Assembly: GCF_006345805.1 (NCBI RefSeq)
Contig: NC_043005.1
Location: 78,864,001-78,928,000 of the forward strand
Source of the DNA: Octopus sinensis
Lineage: Eukaryota
Direction of reading: 5' to 3'
Length of the DNA stretch: 64,000 bases
Shown here: positions 52,860 through 64,000 of the stretch, in pieces
Layout: every line of letters begins with the position of its first letter
Position numbering within the stretch: position 1 is the stretch's first letter
The notes under the pieces: model-generated
The model's database searches: none
The model's input: only the letters and a program-made list of their open reading frames with translations
What the model was told of the DNA's origin: nothing
Position numbers and translations under genes: made by a program

Positions 52860-53125
52860 TATTCTTTTATTCTGTTACATGTTTCAGCCTTAAGGCTGTG
52901 ACCATGCTGGAGCACTCACACACGCACGCGTATATATGTATGTATGAATTTGTCTTTGTGTCTGTATTCGTTCCGTGACTTAGCAGTTTGGCCAAAGGAG
53001 CGATTGAATGAGTACCAAATTTTAAAAAATATATTTAAGTACTGATGTTGATTTTTTTCTAGTAAAACCTTCTAAGGCGGTGCTCCAGCATGACCGTAGT
53101 CCACTGACTGAAACAAGTAAAATGA
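52860..53125. mobile_element. Two opposed SINE family A 3' fragments
   Basis: Minus tail at 52860-52915; plus 3' half at 52960-53125. Confidence 0.7.
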
Positions 53126-53521
53126 GATGAAAGCCTCAAGTACTAGAGATGTACATATTGTTCAAAACGGAAGCCCTTACCTGCAGATTATAGAGAAATA
53201 GAAGCTGAAATAAAAGCACTGCAAAGCCATCATTTATAGTCATGTGATCATTGGACAAAAAGGTTCTCTTTCGTGCACAAAGATTGCCACAATGTAAAAT
53301 ATATTCAAATATCCGTTCGATATGGTCCCGTTAAATCGATTTTATTTCTATCTTAAACAGAACTGGTATGGTTGAATCTTTGAAATATACAAACGAAAAT
53401 TTCTTTCTTTAATATGTGCGGAAACTATGGCATTTTTATATAATTCACATCACTTTATATGATGTTAACGGAAATACAAAGATATATATGTACTTAAGAA
53501 GCTTTATCTGAATCTATTAGC

Positions 53522-53670
53522 CTCTCTCCCTCTCTTTCTCGCTCCTCTCTCTCTTTCTCGCTCCTCTCTCTCTTTCTCGCTCCTCTCTCTCTTTCTCGCT
53601 CCTCTCTCTCTTTCTCGCTCCTCTCTCTCTTTCTCGCTCCTCTCTCTCTTTCTCGCTCCTCTCTCTCTTT
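53522..53670. repeat. 19-bp minisatellite CTCTCTCTCTTTCTCGCTC, about 7 copies
   Basis: Direct reading. Confidence 0.92.
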
Positions 53671-53951
53671 CTCTGTCTCTCTCTCTCATTTTCGTTCGCT
53701 CGCTCTCTCTTTCTTCTCTCTATACATAATATTATATAGATATATTGAGATGGATATGCATACATATTTATAAATATATGGCTGTGTATTTATACACACA
53801 CACGTGTGTGTATGTATGTTTATGCATGTGTATGCATTTATATAAACATATATATACATGCAGTTTGATGTAAGCGTATATACGTATGTATGTTTATCTA
53901 TTTCTCTATCTCTCATTTCCTACTTCCTCTCTCTCTCTCTACGTATGTGTG

Positions 53952-53982
<31 letters not shown>

Positions 53983-54060
53983 ATACTTATATATATATAT
54001 ATACATATATATACATACATGCAAACATATATACATACATACGAGCGCCCACTCACACAT

Positions 54061-54111
<51 letters not shown>

Positions 54112-54339
54112 AGCACATACGCATGCAAGCATAAAACCACATAAACACATACACAGATGCAGTTGTATATCACTCAAGTCAAAATCGGTGCACGTTCGTA
54201 CGCAACGAATTTAATGTGCATACATGCATGTGAGCATATGTGCATGCGTGGGTGCGTGTGAACGCACACTTAGCTATGTGTATGCATGTACATATGTATG
54301 TATGTATGTATGCATGTGCGTATACATATATATATATAT

Positions 54340-54660
54340 ATGTATGCATGTATGTACGTATATATATATATATATGTATGCATTATTTACGTATATATAT
54401 AGTATATATTGTATGCATGTATGTACGTATTATAGATTATATGTATGCATGTATGTACGTATATATAATATATGTATGCATGTATGTACGTATATATATA
54501 TATATATGTATGCATGTATGTACGTATATATATATATATATATGTATGCATGTATGTACGTATATATATATATATATGTATGCATGTATGTACGTATATA
54601 TATATATATGTATGCATGTATGTACGTATATATATATATATATGTATGCATGTATGTACG

Positions 54661-54694
<34 letters not shown>

Positions 54695-54830
54695 CATGTA
54701 TGTACGTATATATATATATGTATGCATGTATGTACGTATATATATATATGTATGCATGTATGTACGTATATATATATGCATGTATGTACGTATATATATA
54801 TATATGCATGTATGTACGTATATATATATA
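54340..54830. repeat. Minisatellite GCATGTATGTACG + variable (TA)n, about 15 copies
   Basis: Direct reading. Confidence 0.92.
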
Positions 54831-54948
54831 TGTGTGTTGTGTGTATGTGTGTGTATAGATATATATGTATATATACAATGTGTATATACAAGACATACAT
54901 ACATACATACATACATACATACATACACACATATATATATATATATAC

Positions 54949-54979
<31 letters not shown>

Positions 54980-56214
54980 TGTATGTATGTACGTATGTCT
55001 TTGTATATACACATCTGTGTAGGGGTGTTATGAATTAACAATTTTCAAACGAAGTAGATATACCATTATATGTTCCGGAAAAATCTTTCCATGTGCATTC
55101 ACAAGTTGTGTAAGGGTATGGAAATGCGTATTAACTGTATTGATGTAGAAACAACGCGAGCACAATGGCTGGTAAAATGCAATAATAAGCTTGTATTCTC
55201 CAGCACGCTGAACACCTTTTGATGGACTGGCAATATCAATGTCGAAAATGGTGAACATCTTTTCAGCGTTTTGTCTAAATAAATGCTACGAACAAACAAA
55301 AAGTGGCCATTGTTGTACGTGTACGCGTGTCTGCGTGCGTGTATGTGATACGTATGCATCTCTGTGCATCCCTGTTCGTCTCTGTGCATTTCTCTTTCTC
55401 TCTCTTTCCCCTCCCCTCTCTCTCTCTTAAACTCTGTGTGTCTCCGTTGGTGTATGTGTATGTGCGTATGCATGCGTGTATGTATGTATGTATGTATGTA
55501 TGTATGTATGATGTATGTATAATAGTATGTATGTATGTATGTTTGTATTATGTATGTATGTATGTATGTATGTATGATGTATGTGTGTATGTATAAGTGT
55601 CTGTGCATTCGTATGTGGGTGTGTATATAATTCGATGTGAATGTACGCGTGTTTGTATGTGTGTGTCTGTGTATGCGTGTCTGTGTATGTGTATATGCGT
55701 ATATGCATCTCTGTGTACGTGCGTGTGTGTGTGTATATGTATGGTTGTTTGGTGTTCGTATGTATGTGTATAAATCTATATATCTATTGAATGTGTGTGA
55801 GTGTTCTGAAGATGTGTATACATACATACATACACACACACGTATATATATATATATATATATATACGTTTACCCACAAACACACATATCCCTACACACT
55901 CACATACATGGATATATATATATAATATATATATATATATAATATATATATATATACATACACACATACACGTACATACACAATATGTGGGTGGGAATAT
56001 GCATTTGAAGTGTGACATTGCGTGACATTTTGTGTGTGTACAAGTGTATCTATTGTGTGCATTTATGAATGGCTGTGTGCTTGCATGAGTGGGTGATTCT
56101 GTGCATGTGTTTGAGTGCATATTACTGTGTGTGTGTGTGCAAAGTCAGTCACCAATGCTGCCCAATAGCGGCAAAAGCAGCAGCCAATACAACTCTCTTT
56201 ACAAATAACAATAG

Positions 56215-56541
56215 CCGAATGAACAACAACAAAAACCTACTACAACTACTACTACTACTACTACTAGAAATACAATAGCCACAACAGCACGGATAATACC
56301 AACATCATCAGCAGCACTAGCAGCATCACATGCTGCCATAATCAGCAGCAGCGGCAGCAACAGCAGCAGCATCGTGTATTAACGCTATGACCACTGCCGC
56401 CGCTGCCACCACCACCACCACCACTACCACTACCACCACCACCACCACCACCACCACCACCAAAACAACTGACCAAAAACTGCATCGTAAAACAAAGCAC
56501 CACCACTACTACTACTACTACTACCACCACTACCGCTACTG

Positions 56542-56572
<31 letters not shown>

Positions 56573-56895
56573 CGTCGCTGCTGCTACTATTACTACTCCA
56601 TATATTGATGGTGATGGTGATGACGCACACGGCAATGATGATGATGATCAAGATGATATGATTGTGGCGGCGGTTGTGGTGGTGGTGGTGATGATGACGA
56701 TGATGATGATGATGATGGTAGTGATGATGATAATGATGATGATAATAGTAGTATTTGTGGTGATGGTGATGATGACGACGTCGTTGATGTTGAAGGCGAC
56801 GGCGACTGCCTGAACGATGATAATAATGGTAATGATAACCACAACGAACACGACGACGACGATGACAACAACGATGATGATGATGATGATATATT
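56215..56895. repeat. Compound trinucleotide tract (CAA/CAG/ACC/CTA/GAT)
   Basis: Direct reading. Confidence 0.9.
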
Positions 56896-57235
56896 GAAAG
56901 CTTCCATAGCTGTTGTCTGCATTGATCTCTCTACAGCCTAACATGGCCAACAAACAACAATCACACGGCCATCATTTTTCCATATTATCTTTGCTATTTG
57001 GACAGCGGCTCTCGTGTTGAATCGCCATGCTTGATTCTGTTATTTCGTTAAAAAGCAGACATTTTAGCTAGTTGCCAAATAAATGGCTTAACAAACAATA
57101 ATAAACACATTTACCAATGAAATACATGGCTGTTCTCTGAACATGATTGCATTAAATTTATGAACTAAAAAAGAAAAGAAAAAAAAAGGAAAACTTAAAA
57201 AAATAAAATGAAATGGTAGTTAAATAGAATAAGCG

Positions 57236-57390
57236 AAGTCATGGCTGTGTGGTTACCAAGCTTGCTTTACAACTAAACGTTTTGGCTTCAGCCATACTGT
57301 GCGGCACCTTGGGCAAGTATTTTCTGCCATGTATTCGCACCCATCCTTGTGAATGAATATGGTATAAGGGAAATATGTATGGAAGGTCCG
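57236..57390 (+). mobile_element. SINE family A head
   Basis: ATGGCTGTGTGGTTACCAAGCTTGC...GCGGCACCTTGGGCAAG. Confidence 0.75.
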
Positions 57391-58565
57391 CGAAACTGGT
57401 TGGCTATGTCGACATTTTGCTTCATAAATATATTTCTTCAGTACATTTTCCTTTTTAATATTTACTGTTATTCCCCACACTGGAATTTCTTTCTATCTTC
57501 TTCTGTTTCTTCTATAGAAAGCGTTGTACTTAGAGCATCTTATAGCTCCTTCCGGGACATTGAAATGGAGTGTGTTTATTGCAGAAAGCATTTAAATGCT
57601 TTGTATTTGGAATGAATCTATTTAAATGCCACAAGCATGCACTAAACAATAAATATACATTTCATTTTGAATGGTTCCGAGGAACTTTAAAATATCGTAC
57701 AATACAAACACTTAATTCTGAGTATAATGTAGCTTATAGCCGAAACAGCTGTAAGCTAATGATAGTCATTATCTAATCCCTGTTCTTTCGACATTCATTA
57801 CAATGTGTGTATGTGTGTGAGAAAGAGAGACAGAGAGAGTGTGAGTGTCTGTGAGAGAGGGAGAGAGAAAGAAAGAAAGGGAGTGTAGGCCAAAGAAGCT
57901 ACCATTGGTTTCATGCATTGAAAATGTATCTCAACAATTATTAAGCTTGCCACGTGCAGAGAGAATGAGACAGAGTGATATTGTGCAAGATCATTGGAGC
58001 AAGTGTAAAAGAAAGATATTTATGCTCACCTCACAATGCAAATGAAGAAACAATATGACACACGTATTGATTTTTGAATTTGAGAGATCGTAGATTAAAT
58101 AACGGATGTTAAGGTTAATTATCATCATATTAATTAGACTTGGAACGCAATGCACTCAGTTTGTCATTTCACGTCTGCTGGTGAAACACAGGGCTAATGG
58201 CGGCCATAATTCTGCCTTCATCAGCAAGAATGAATGACAAAATGGCGTTGAATACGTTAGGCTATCTATAGATGTATGTATACACTCACGCGCACACGCA
58301 CATATGTCGTAATATGTCGTAATAGCATTTCACGTATGAAACTTTATATATTGTCCTACGTACCATAGAGATTTAAGGCAGCGTCGTTTTTCTTACTCTC
58401 CCCAAACGAGCATCTTTTCACACAATTTTTGCATTTACGTCTGAAACTAATAAGCTATATATAAAAATGTTATTCATGAGAGAAAACACACGCACACACA
58501 GATACAGACATGCTTGCGCACATTCGCCCATAAGTACACATATCAATAACACAGGATATATACAG

Positions 58566-58616
<51 letters not shown>

Positions 58617-58705
58617 TACATGTATTTGATGATTGATTAAGGCTACTTCAATGCGGTGGCCCAGCATGGCGGCAGTACATAGACTGAACACTAAGTTAAA
58701 ACGCG

Positions 58706-58762
<57 letters not shown>

Positions 58763-58947
58763 CGTGCGTGTGTGTGTGTGTGTGTGTGTGCATATATACA
58801 CGTATGACTACAAGGATAATGTCGTTATGAACAGCACAACACAATGACACCACTCGACTGATAGCGCTTGCTGAACCATGACAACGGCAGCTGACACGCA
58901 TCCGACATATGCCACATGGATATATCCCAGCACCATACACATGCTCA

Positions 58948-58980
<33 letters not shown>

Positions 58981-59022
58981 GCTAGCTATCTATCTATCTA
59001 TCTATCAATCTATCTATCTACC

Positions 59023-59067
<45 letters not shown>

Positions 59068-59860
59068 TAACTGATTTTGTTCGCACATCTAGTCGTGACT
59101 GACCTACTGCCTGCCAAACGCTGTATGTACTAAAGTCTGAGGTACAAATCCGTTTGATCATTATTCAAATTATAAAATATTAATCGTTGACACAAATAGA
59201 TCAGTCATATGTTGCCCCTGCGTAATAAAATTGCACTCGACTACAGTAGAAAGATGACGTATACTTGACTATTAACAAGTCATCGTATCTCTCCCCCCAT
59301 TCTCTCGCTCTTTCTCTCTCCCTTCTCTCTATCATTCCCTCTATTTGTGACCCACACTCTGTCAAGTATGGTCTGTTCCAGGGCGCAGTTTCGTTTCTTA
59401 CAGGTTTTGTTATTCCTCAGACTCTTCCTGCAAGCATGCCCGCTCGCATGGATATTATACCACACTTCAATCCACCGTAAACTTCTCTCTCGATGCGGCT
59501 AACTACACAAAACCTGGAACCAGCGATAGCATCCTCACCCTTACGGGGCTTGCTTTCGCTCAGGCACATCGGACCCACTCGTCTTTAGATCTCTCGATCC
59601 TTCAATATCTCGATCCCTCGATCCTTTGGCACCCTTGGTGCGTCCAGTTCCGGGTATCTTCTTCTTGCTCATGTCTTTCCCACAGATGTTGCCATATTAA
59701 ACGAAACATTAATCTGATCACTCACACTAGTCCCATTGGGCCTCCAATGGTATTTGGATCTGACTTTTTCTCCAGATTCACCAAACGAAATAAAGAAAAA
59801 CCTTCACTGTTTCCATGAAAGTTTACGTCGACATTTTTCCTTAACCTAATCATGCTAATT

Positions 59861-60173
59861 GTGGAGGCGCAATAGCCCAGTGGTTAGGGCAGCGGACACG
59901 CGGTCGGAGGATAGCGGTTTCCATTTCCAGACCGGGCGTTGTGTGTGTTTATTGAGCGAAAACACCTAAAAGCTCCACGATGCTCCGGCATGTGGTGGTG
60001 GCGACCTCTGTTTTACTCTTTCGCCACAACTTTCTCTTACTCTCTCTTACTGTTTCTTGAGTAACGCTGCGATAGAGTGGCGTCCCGTCCAGCTGGGGGA
60101 ACACATACGCCACAGAAACCGGGAAACCGGGCTCATGAATCTGGCTAGGCTTGAAAAGGGCGACGTTTATCAT
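59861..60173 (+). mobile_element. SINE family D, full length with 14-bp TSD
   Basis: GTGGAGGCGCAATAGCCCAGTGGTTAGG head; TAATCATGCTAATT at 59847-59860 and 60174-60187. Confidence 0.93.
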
Positions 60174-60532
60174 TAATCATGCTAATTGCATCGCATTCAG
60201 CATCATAAAGAACAGTCACTACACATTTAATAGGCGCAGGCATAGCTCTGCTGTTAAGACGTTCGCATTGCAATCGCATCGTTTTGTATCTAGTTCCACT
60301 GTGCGGCGCTTGAGGCAACTCTCTATTCATTTCTCCGGGCAGACCAATGTCATGTGCAGTAATTTAGTACACGGAAATTGTTTGCAAGTTAACGTGTATG
60401 TACACATACATACACACACACACACCACACACAGAGAACACACACACAGACACAGACACACACACACACACAACACACACACACACAGGGGAAAAAACAA
60501 CTTGTTTTAAATAGTAACAGTACTGAATAGAG

Positions 60533-60657
60533 AAGTTTATAAGTCAACAGAATGTGGTTGTCCTATAAAAGACACCGTTACTGTCGTTTTTCTGGGGCTT
60601 AAGCAACAGTAGCATCGTCCTTTATAGGATTACCACATTCTGTTTGCAAATAAACTT
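60533..60657. repeat. Imperfect long hairpin, MITE-like or structured RNA
   Basis: ACAGAATGTGGT..TCCTATAAA..TACTGT pairs with ACAGTA..TTTATAGGA..ACCACATTCTGT; outer AAGTTTAT/ATAAACTT. Confidence 0.75.
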
Positions 60658-60660
60658 TAC

Positions 60661-60694
<34 letters not shown>

Positions 60695-60793
60695 TATTAT
60701 TATTAGTAGGGAATATAAAATTCCAAGGCAACAGGAGAAAACAAACTCAATTTACTCATAACGTCTTTATATGGTAAATTTATTTTATATGTT

Positions 60794-60912
60794 ATTGAGA
60801 CCTGAAGAGTGGCTATGTATCGTTGGATCGAAGAAATATTAATTTTTGAGATTATCGATTTGATATGGTCGATTTGAATACATCGTCATGAAACACGCGT
60901 CGTCGTTTTAAT
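60794..60912 (+). ncRNA. Putative minimal hammerhead ribozyme motif with an extended helix II
   Basis: GAC-CTGAAGA-[81-nt stem-loop]-GAAAC-ACGC-GTC^GTC. Confidence 0.45.
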
Positions 60913-61049
60913 GTGTATATTTTTAATTTGTATTATTTAGTATAGAATTTTTTAGTACTATATTAATAATAATATATTTAAATTTATATTTTACTATAGA
61001 TAATATCTTTCATTATTAATTGAATTACTTTATGGTGTGTCTGTCCCTT

Positions 61050-61109
<60 letters not shown>

Positions 61110-61395
61110 GTATATGTATACGAGTTTTGTCTGTAAACTGCTGGGAATGACATATCACTATGTGTATGCATTATCACACCGACTGAAATGACGGGAGAAT
61201 CTAAGGAAAGACATTTTTAATCAATCACCCGAAGAGGTGCCTTTTACACCATGGTTGCAAGATAATGGTAGCATAAAATGTCAACAATGTACCAAGGGCG
61301 TAAGAATGTGTGGAAACAATTTCAGTGATTCAATAAAGAATGTCGTTTATTCTCTCTCTCTGTCTCTCTGTATATATATATATATATATGTATAT

Positions 61396-62132
61396 ATATA
61401 AGAATGAATGTTTTTATATATAATGAACGTGAAATACAGGAAGGGACGAACACGGAACACAGACAAATCATTCGAAGCCTTCAATCTTCAGTCAGACATC
61501 GAATCATCATAGCAAATTTCGGCTGTTCAATTCTGATATTTGCTCCAACTCGGCCAGCCCAAGAAAAAAACTAAGCTGTAAGCATTAGATTTCTTGGTAG
61601 AAGACAGGAATGTGAACGCACAAGACGGATGTGAATACAAGAGACGAAAACGAATTGAAAACAGTAATGAATAAACAAAATATATATAACGGTGGTTGTC
61701 ATACGACTTTAGACCAAATGAGACAAAAACAACAACAACAACATAGCTGGCGTAGAAATAATTACCGTTTCGGTAGCGGGGACACATGTTGGTCGAGATA
61801 CGAAGGCCAACAGAATGTTTAGAAGCAGCAGGTCGCAGGAGAGAGAGAAAGAGAGACAGAAGAGAGAATCAAAGAGGGTGGAAGGCAGGGGACAGAATCA
61901 GTGACCAAGAGAAAAGGAGAAAGAAGGGATTAAGGAGGATGGGAGGAAGAGGGGAGGAGGATGGGAGAAGAGAGGGGAAGAATCGGAGGGCGCCAAAAAG
62001 TTTGGTGAAGAAGCATGGCGGGTAGAAAAGACAGTGTGTATAGAAGTCGTGCAGGGTTTAAATTGGACAAACAAACGGGGGGGGGGTGCACGTAACGCCG
62101 CAATAATATAAGAATGAATGTTTTTATATATA
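61396..62132 (-). mobile_element. About 710-bp non-coding element bounded by 27-bp direct repeats in (TA)n context
   Basis: ATATAAGAATGAATGTTTTTATATATA at 61396-61422 and 62106-62132; contains the 5830-5950 homolog. Confidence 0.55.
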
Positions 62133-62312
62133 TATATATATATATATATACACTACAGAATATAAGAAATTTTCTCACGCAGGGTGGTTGTGAAGACAGC
62201 TAAGAAAATCGAGTAAATACCTTTCAGAACACGGAAAAAAGTTGTTACCTTGCGTTCAATAATGTTTATTCTCTGTAGAATACCGACTCACGCACTATTT
62301 ATAAGATTATTC

Positions 62313-62350
<38 letters not shown>

Positions 62351-62374
62351 ACACACACACACATCACACACACG

Positions 62375-62610
62375 TGGAGGCGTGTGGCTTAGTGGTTAGG
62401 ATGTTGGACTCATGATCATAAGATTGTGTTTTCGATTCTTGGACTGGGTGCGTGTTGTGTTCTTTAGCAAAACACTTAATTTCACGTTATTCCAATCCAC
62501 TCAGATGGCGAAAATTAGTATTCCTCCGATGACCCAGCGTCTTGTCCAGGATGGTGGAATGTATATACGCCAGGCGCCAGGATATCCAGGAAACCGGCCC
62601 AGGGAATCTA
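62375..62610 (+). mobile_element. SINE with family E head and family D-like tail
   Basis: GTGGAGGCGTGTGGCTTAGTGGTTAGG..GTGTTCTTTAGCAAAACAC; ends CGTCTTGTCCAGG..GGAAACCGGCCC. Confidence 0.75.
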
Positions 62611-63419
62611 TTTGATTCAACTCGATAAGAAATTTTATCCTGTAATTATATGTAAAATACGTTTTCTATCAGCTCGCTGGCTATTCGCGATATTAATGCT
62701 TGATTAAGCACTGAGATTCTATGTATATCGCTCGCGAAGGTATCACTGTTATTTCCAGTTGTCGAACGTCTACCATTTACAAGGCCAAGGAAGGCCGAAA
62801 TCACATGATCTGGTAATCTCGGCGGTGGCGATAACGGTTTATTTATCTCCCGCTAGCGATTTAAACACGAGAGTTTATATGCACCCAAAATCCATGAGAG
62901 TTTCTCTCATGGTAACTATCGCAGTTATTACACACACACACAGCAACAACAACAACATACATACGCACACACACGCACACATACACGTACGTATGTATGT
63001 ATACTTTAGAGGATTTCGGTATTTATTAAAACAATGTAAGGAAGTATTGTGAAACAATGGCAATAATTAACAGGAAGACATTAATGAAATTAATGAAATT
63101 AATGATAAAGTGTTTCCAGACAAAGGGTTGCATAAATTATTTCGTTTTTTTTTTAATTCAAGAAATTTAAATATCTAAAAATGAATAACATTAATAAAAA
63201 AATAAATGAATATGTTCTATTTTTGGTTCGTTGTCAAATCTCTTTAACTGTTCCCTCACACACGTCATCCAGCTTACATTAAATGCCACCACGTGTGTCC
63301 CTTTTAACGCAGCGCTCTCGTTGAAATTTAGCTTTTGTTTTCGTTGTTGTTGGCTTTCCTATAACAGAGGTTTGTGGATTGACAGAATTAGTAGAATAGC
63401 TGGCAAAAATGATTTGCAA

Positions 63420-63590
63420 TAATTAGCTAGGTCAATTTGCATTCTGTGTTCAAATCCCACCGGGACCTTTTTTATGTTTCATTCTTTCGGGTGTCGATAA
63501 ATTAAAGCACCAGTTAAAAACATGGTTGATTTTAACTCACTGTTTACTCAACCGTAAAATTTGTGACTTTATTCCTATTTTAGTAACCAG
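63420..63590 (+). mobile_element. Diverged SINE family B
   Basis: GTGTTCAAATCCCACCGGG..TTTCGGGTGTCGATAAATTAAAGCACCAG. Confidence 0.65.
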
Positions 63591-64000
63591 TATTGAATGA
63601 AGACACATCACATAGGCTAGTGGTTAGGGGTATTGCGATCGTCGGATCGTAGTTTCGATTCACGTGTAACCGGCTCTAAGAGTCCTAGGACACAAGACAT
63701 TATTTATTAACTTGCAATCATTATAAGAGTAAATAGACAGACAAATCTGGTAGTTATGTATTCTGTTCTTCTTTTTTCACATTATAAGTTCAAAACCCGC
63801 TTTGGCTTTAGCGCTTATCATGCTGAATTCGATAAAACAGATACCGGTCCAATGAAGAGGTAAATAGGATCATATATACATTCTCACGGAATGCGCAGCC
63901 TACAGTCATTGTTACAAATCTTTATTAGAAACGCACCATGCCATCATTTTGCGACAAAATGATGGGGAGGAAACAGGGATGGCAAACGGAAGAGGAACAA

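Noticed and set aside
59290-59700. Possible degraded L1/Tx1 C-terminal fragment
   Set aside because: Similarity too weak to support by eye.
59861-59935. tRNA gene calls for SINE heads (also 20731, 47160-47235, 62375)
   Set aside because: They have A/B boxes but no full cloverleaf and continue into SINE bodies, in two cases with TSDs.

Overview
This is AT-rich eukaryotic intronic or intergenic DNA dominated by microsatellites and transposon debris. The SINE repertoire and microsatellite density suggest a cephalopod, probably Octopus (inference). No host protein-coding gene can be identified with confidence, and nearly all long ORFs in the track are translations of (TA)n, (CA)n, (CATA)n or (ACC)n tracts. 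Supported content: (i) dozens of copies of about four tRNA-headed SINE families, two with 14-bp target-site duplications; (ii) three non-autonomous Helitrons; (iii) a dead Penelope-like element (RT + GIY-YIG), a CR1/L2-type LINE RT fragment and a Tc1/mariner transposase remnant; (iv) a 5'-truncated U6 snRNA copy; (v) one good and two weak candidate exons. Two patterns deserve follow-up. First, four minimal type-I hammerhead-ribozyme-like motifs (plus one degenerate) lie in short T-rich segments next to (TA)n or other microsatellite tracts; one has a compensatory U3-A8 core and one has an 81-nt helix II. Second, three large fold-back or inverted duplications occur within the first 15 kb, one centred on a Helitron 5' (TA)n end; a long-read assembly artefact is not excluded for two of them. 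SINE family labels A, B, D and E are my own working names, and SINE boundaries are approximate.
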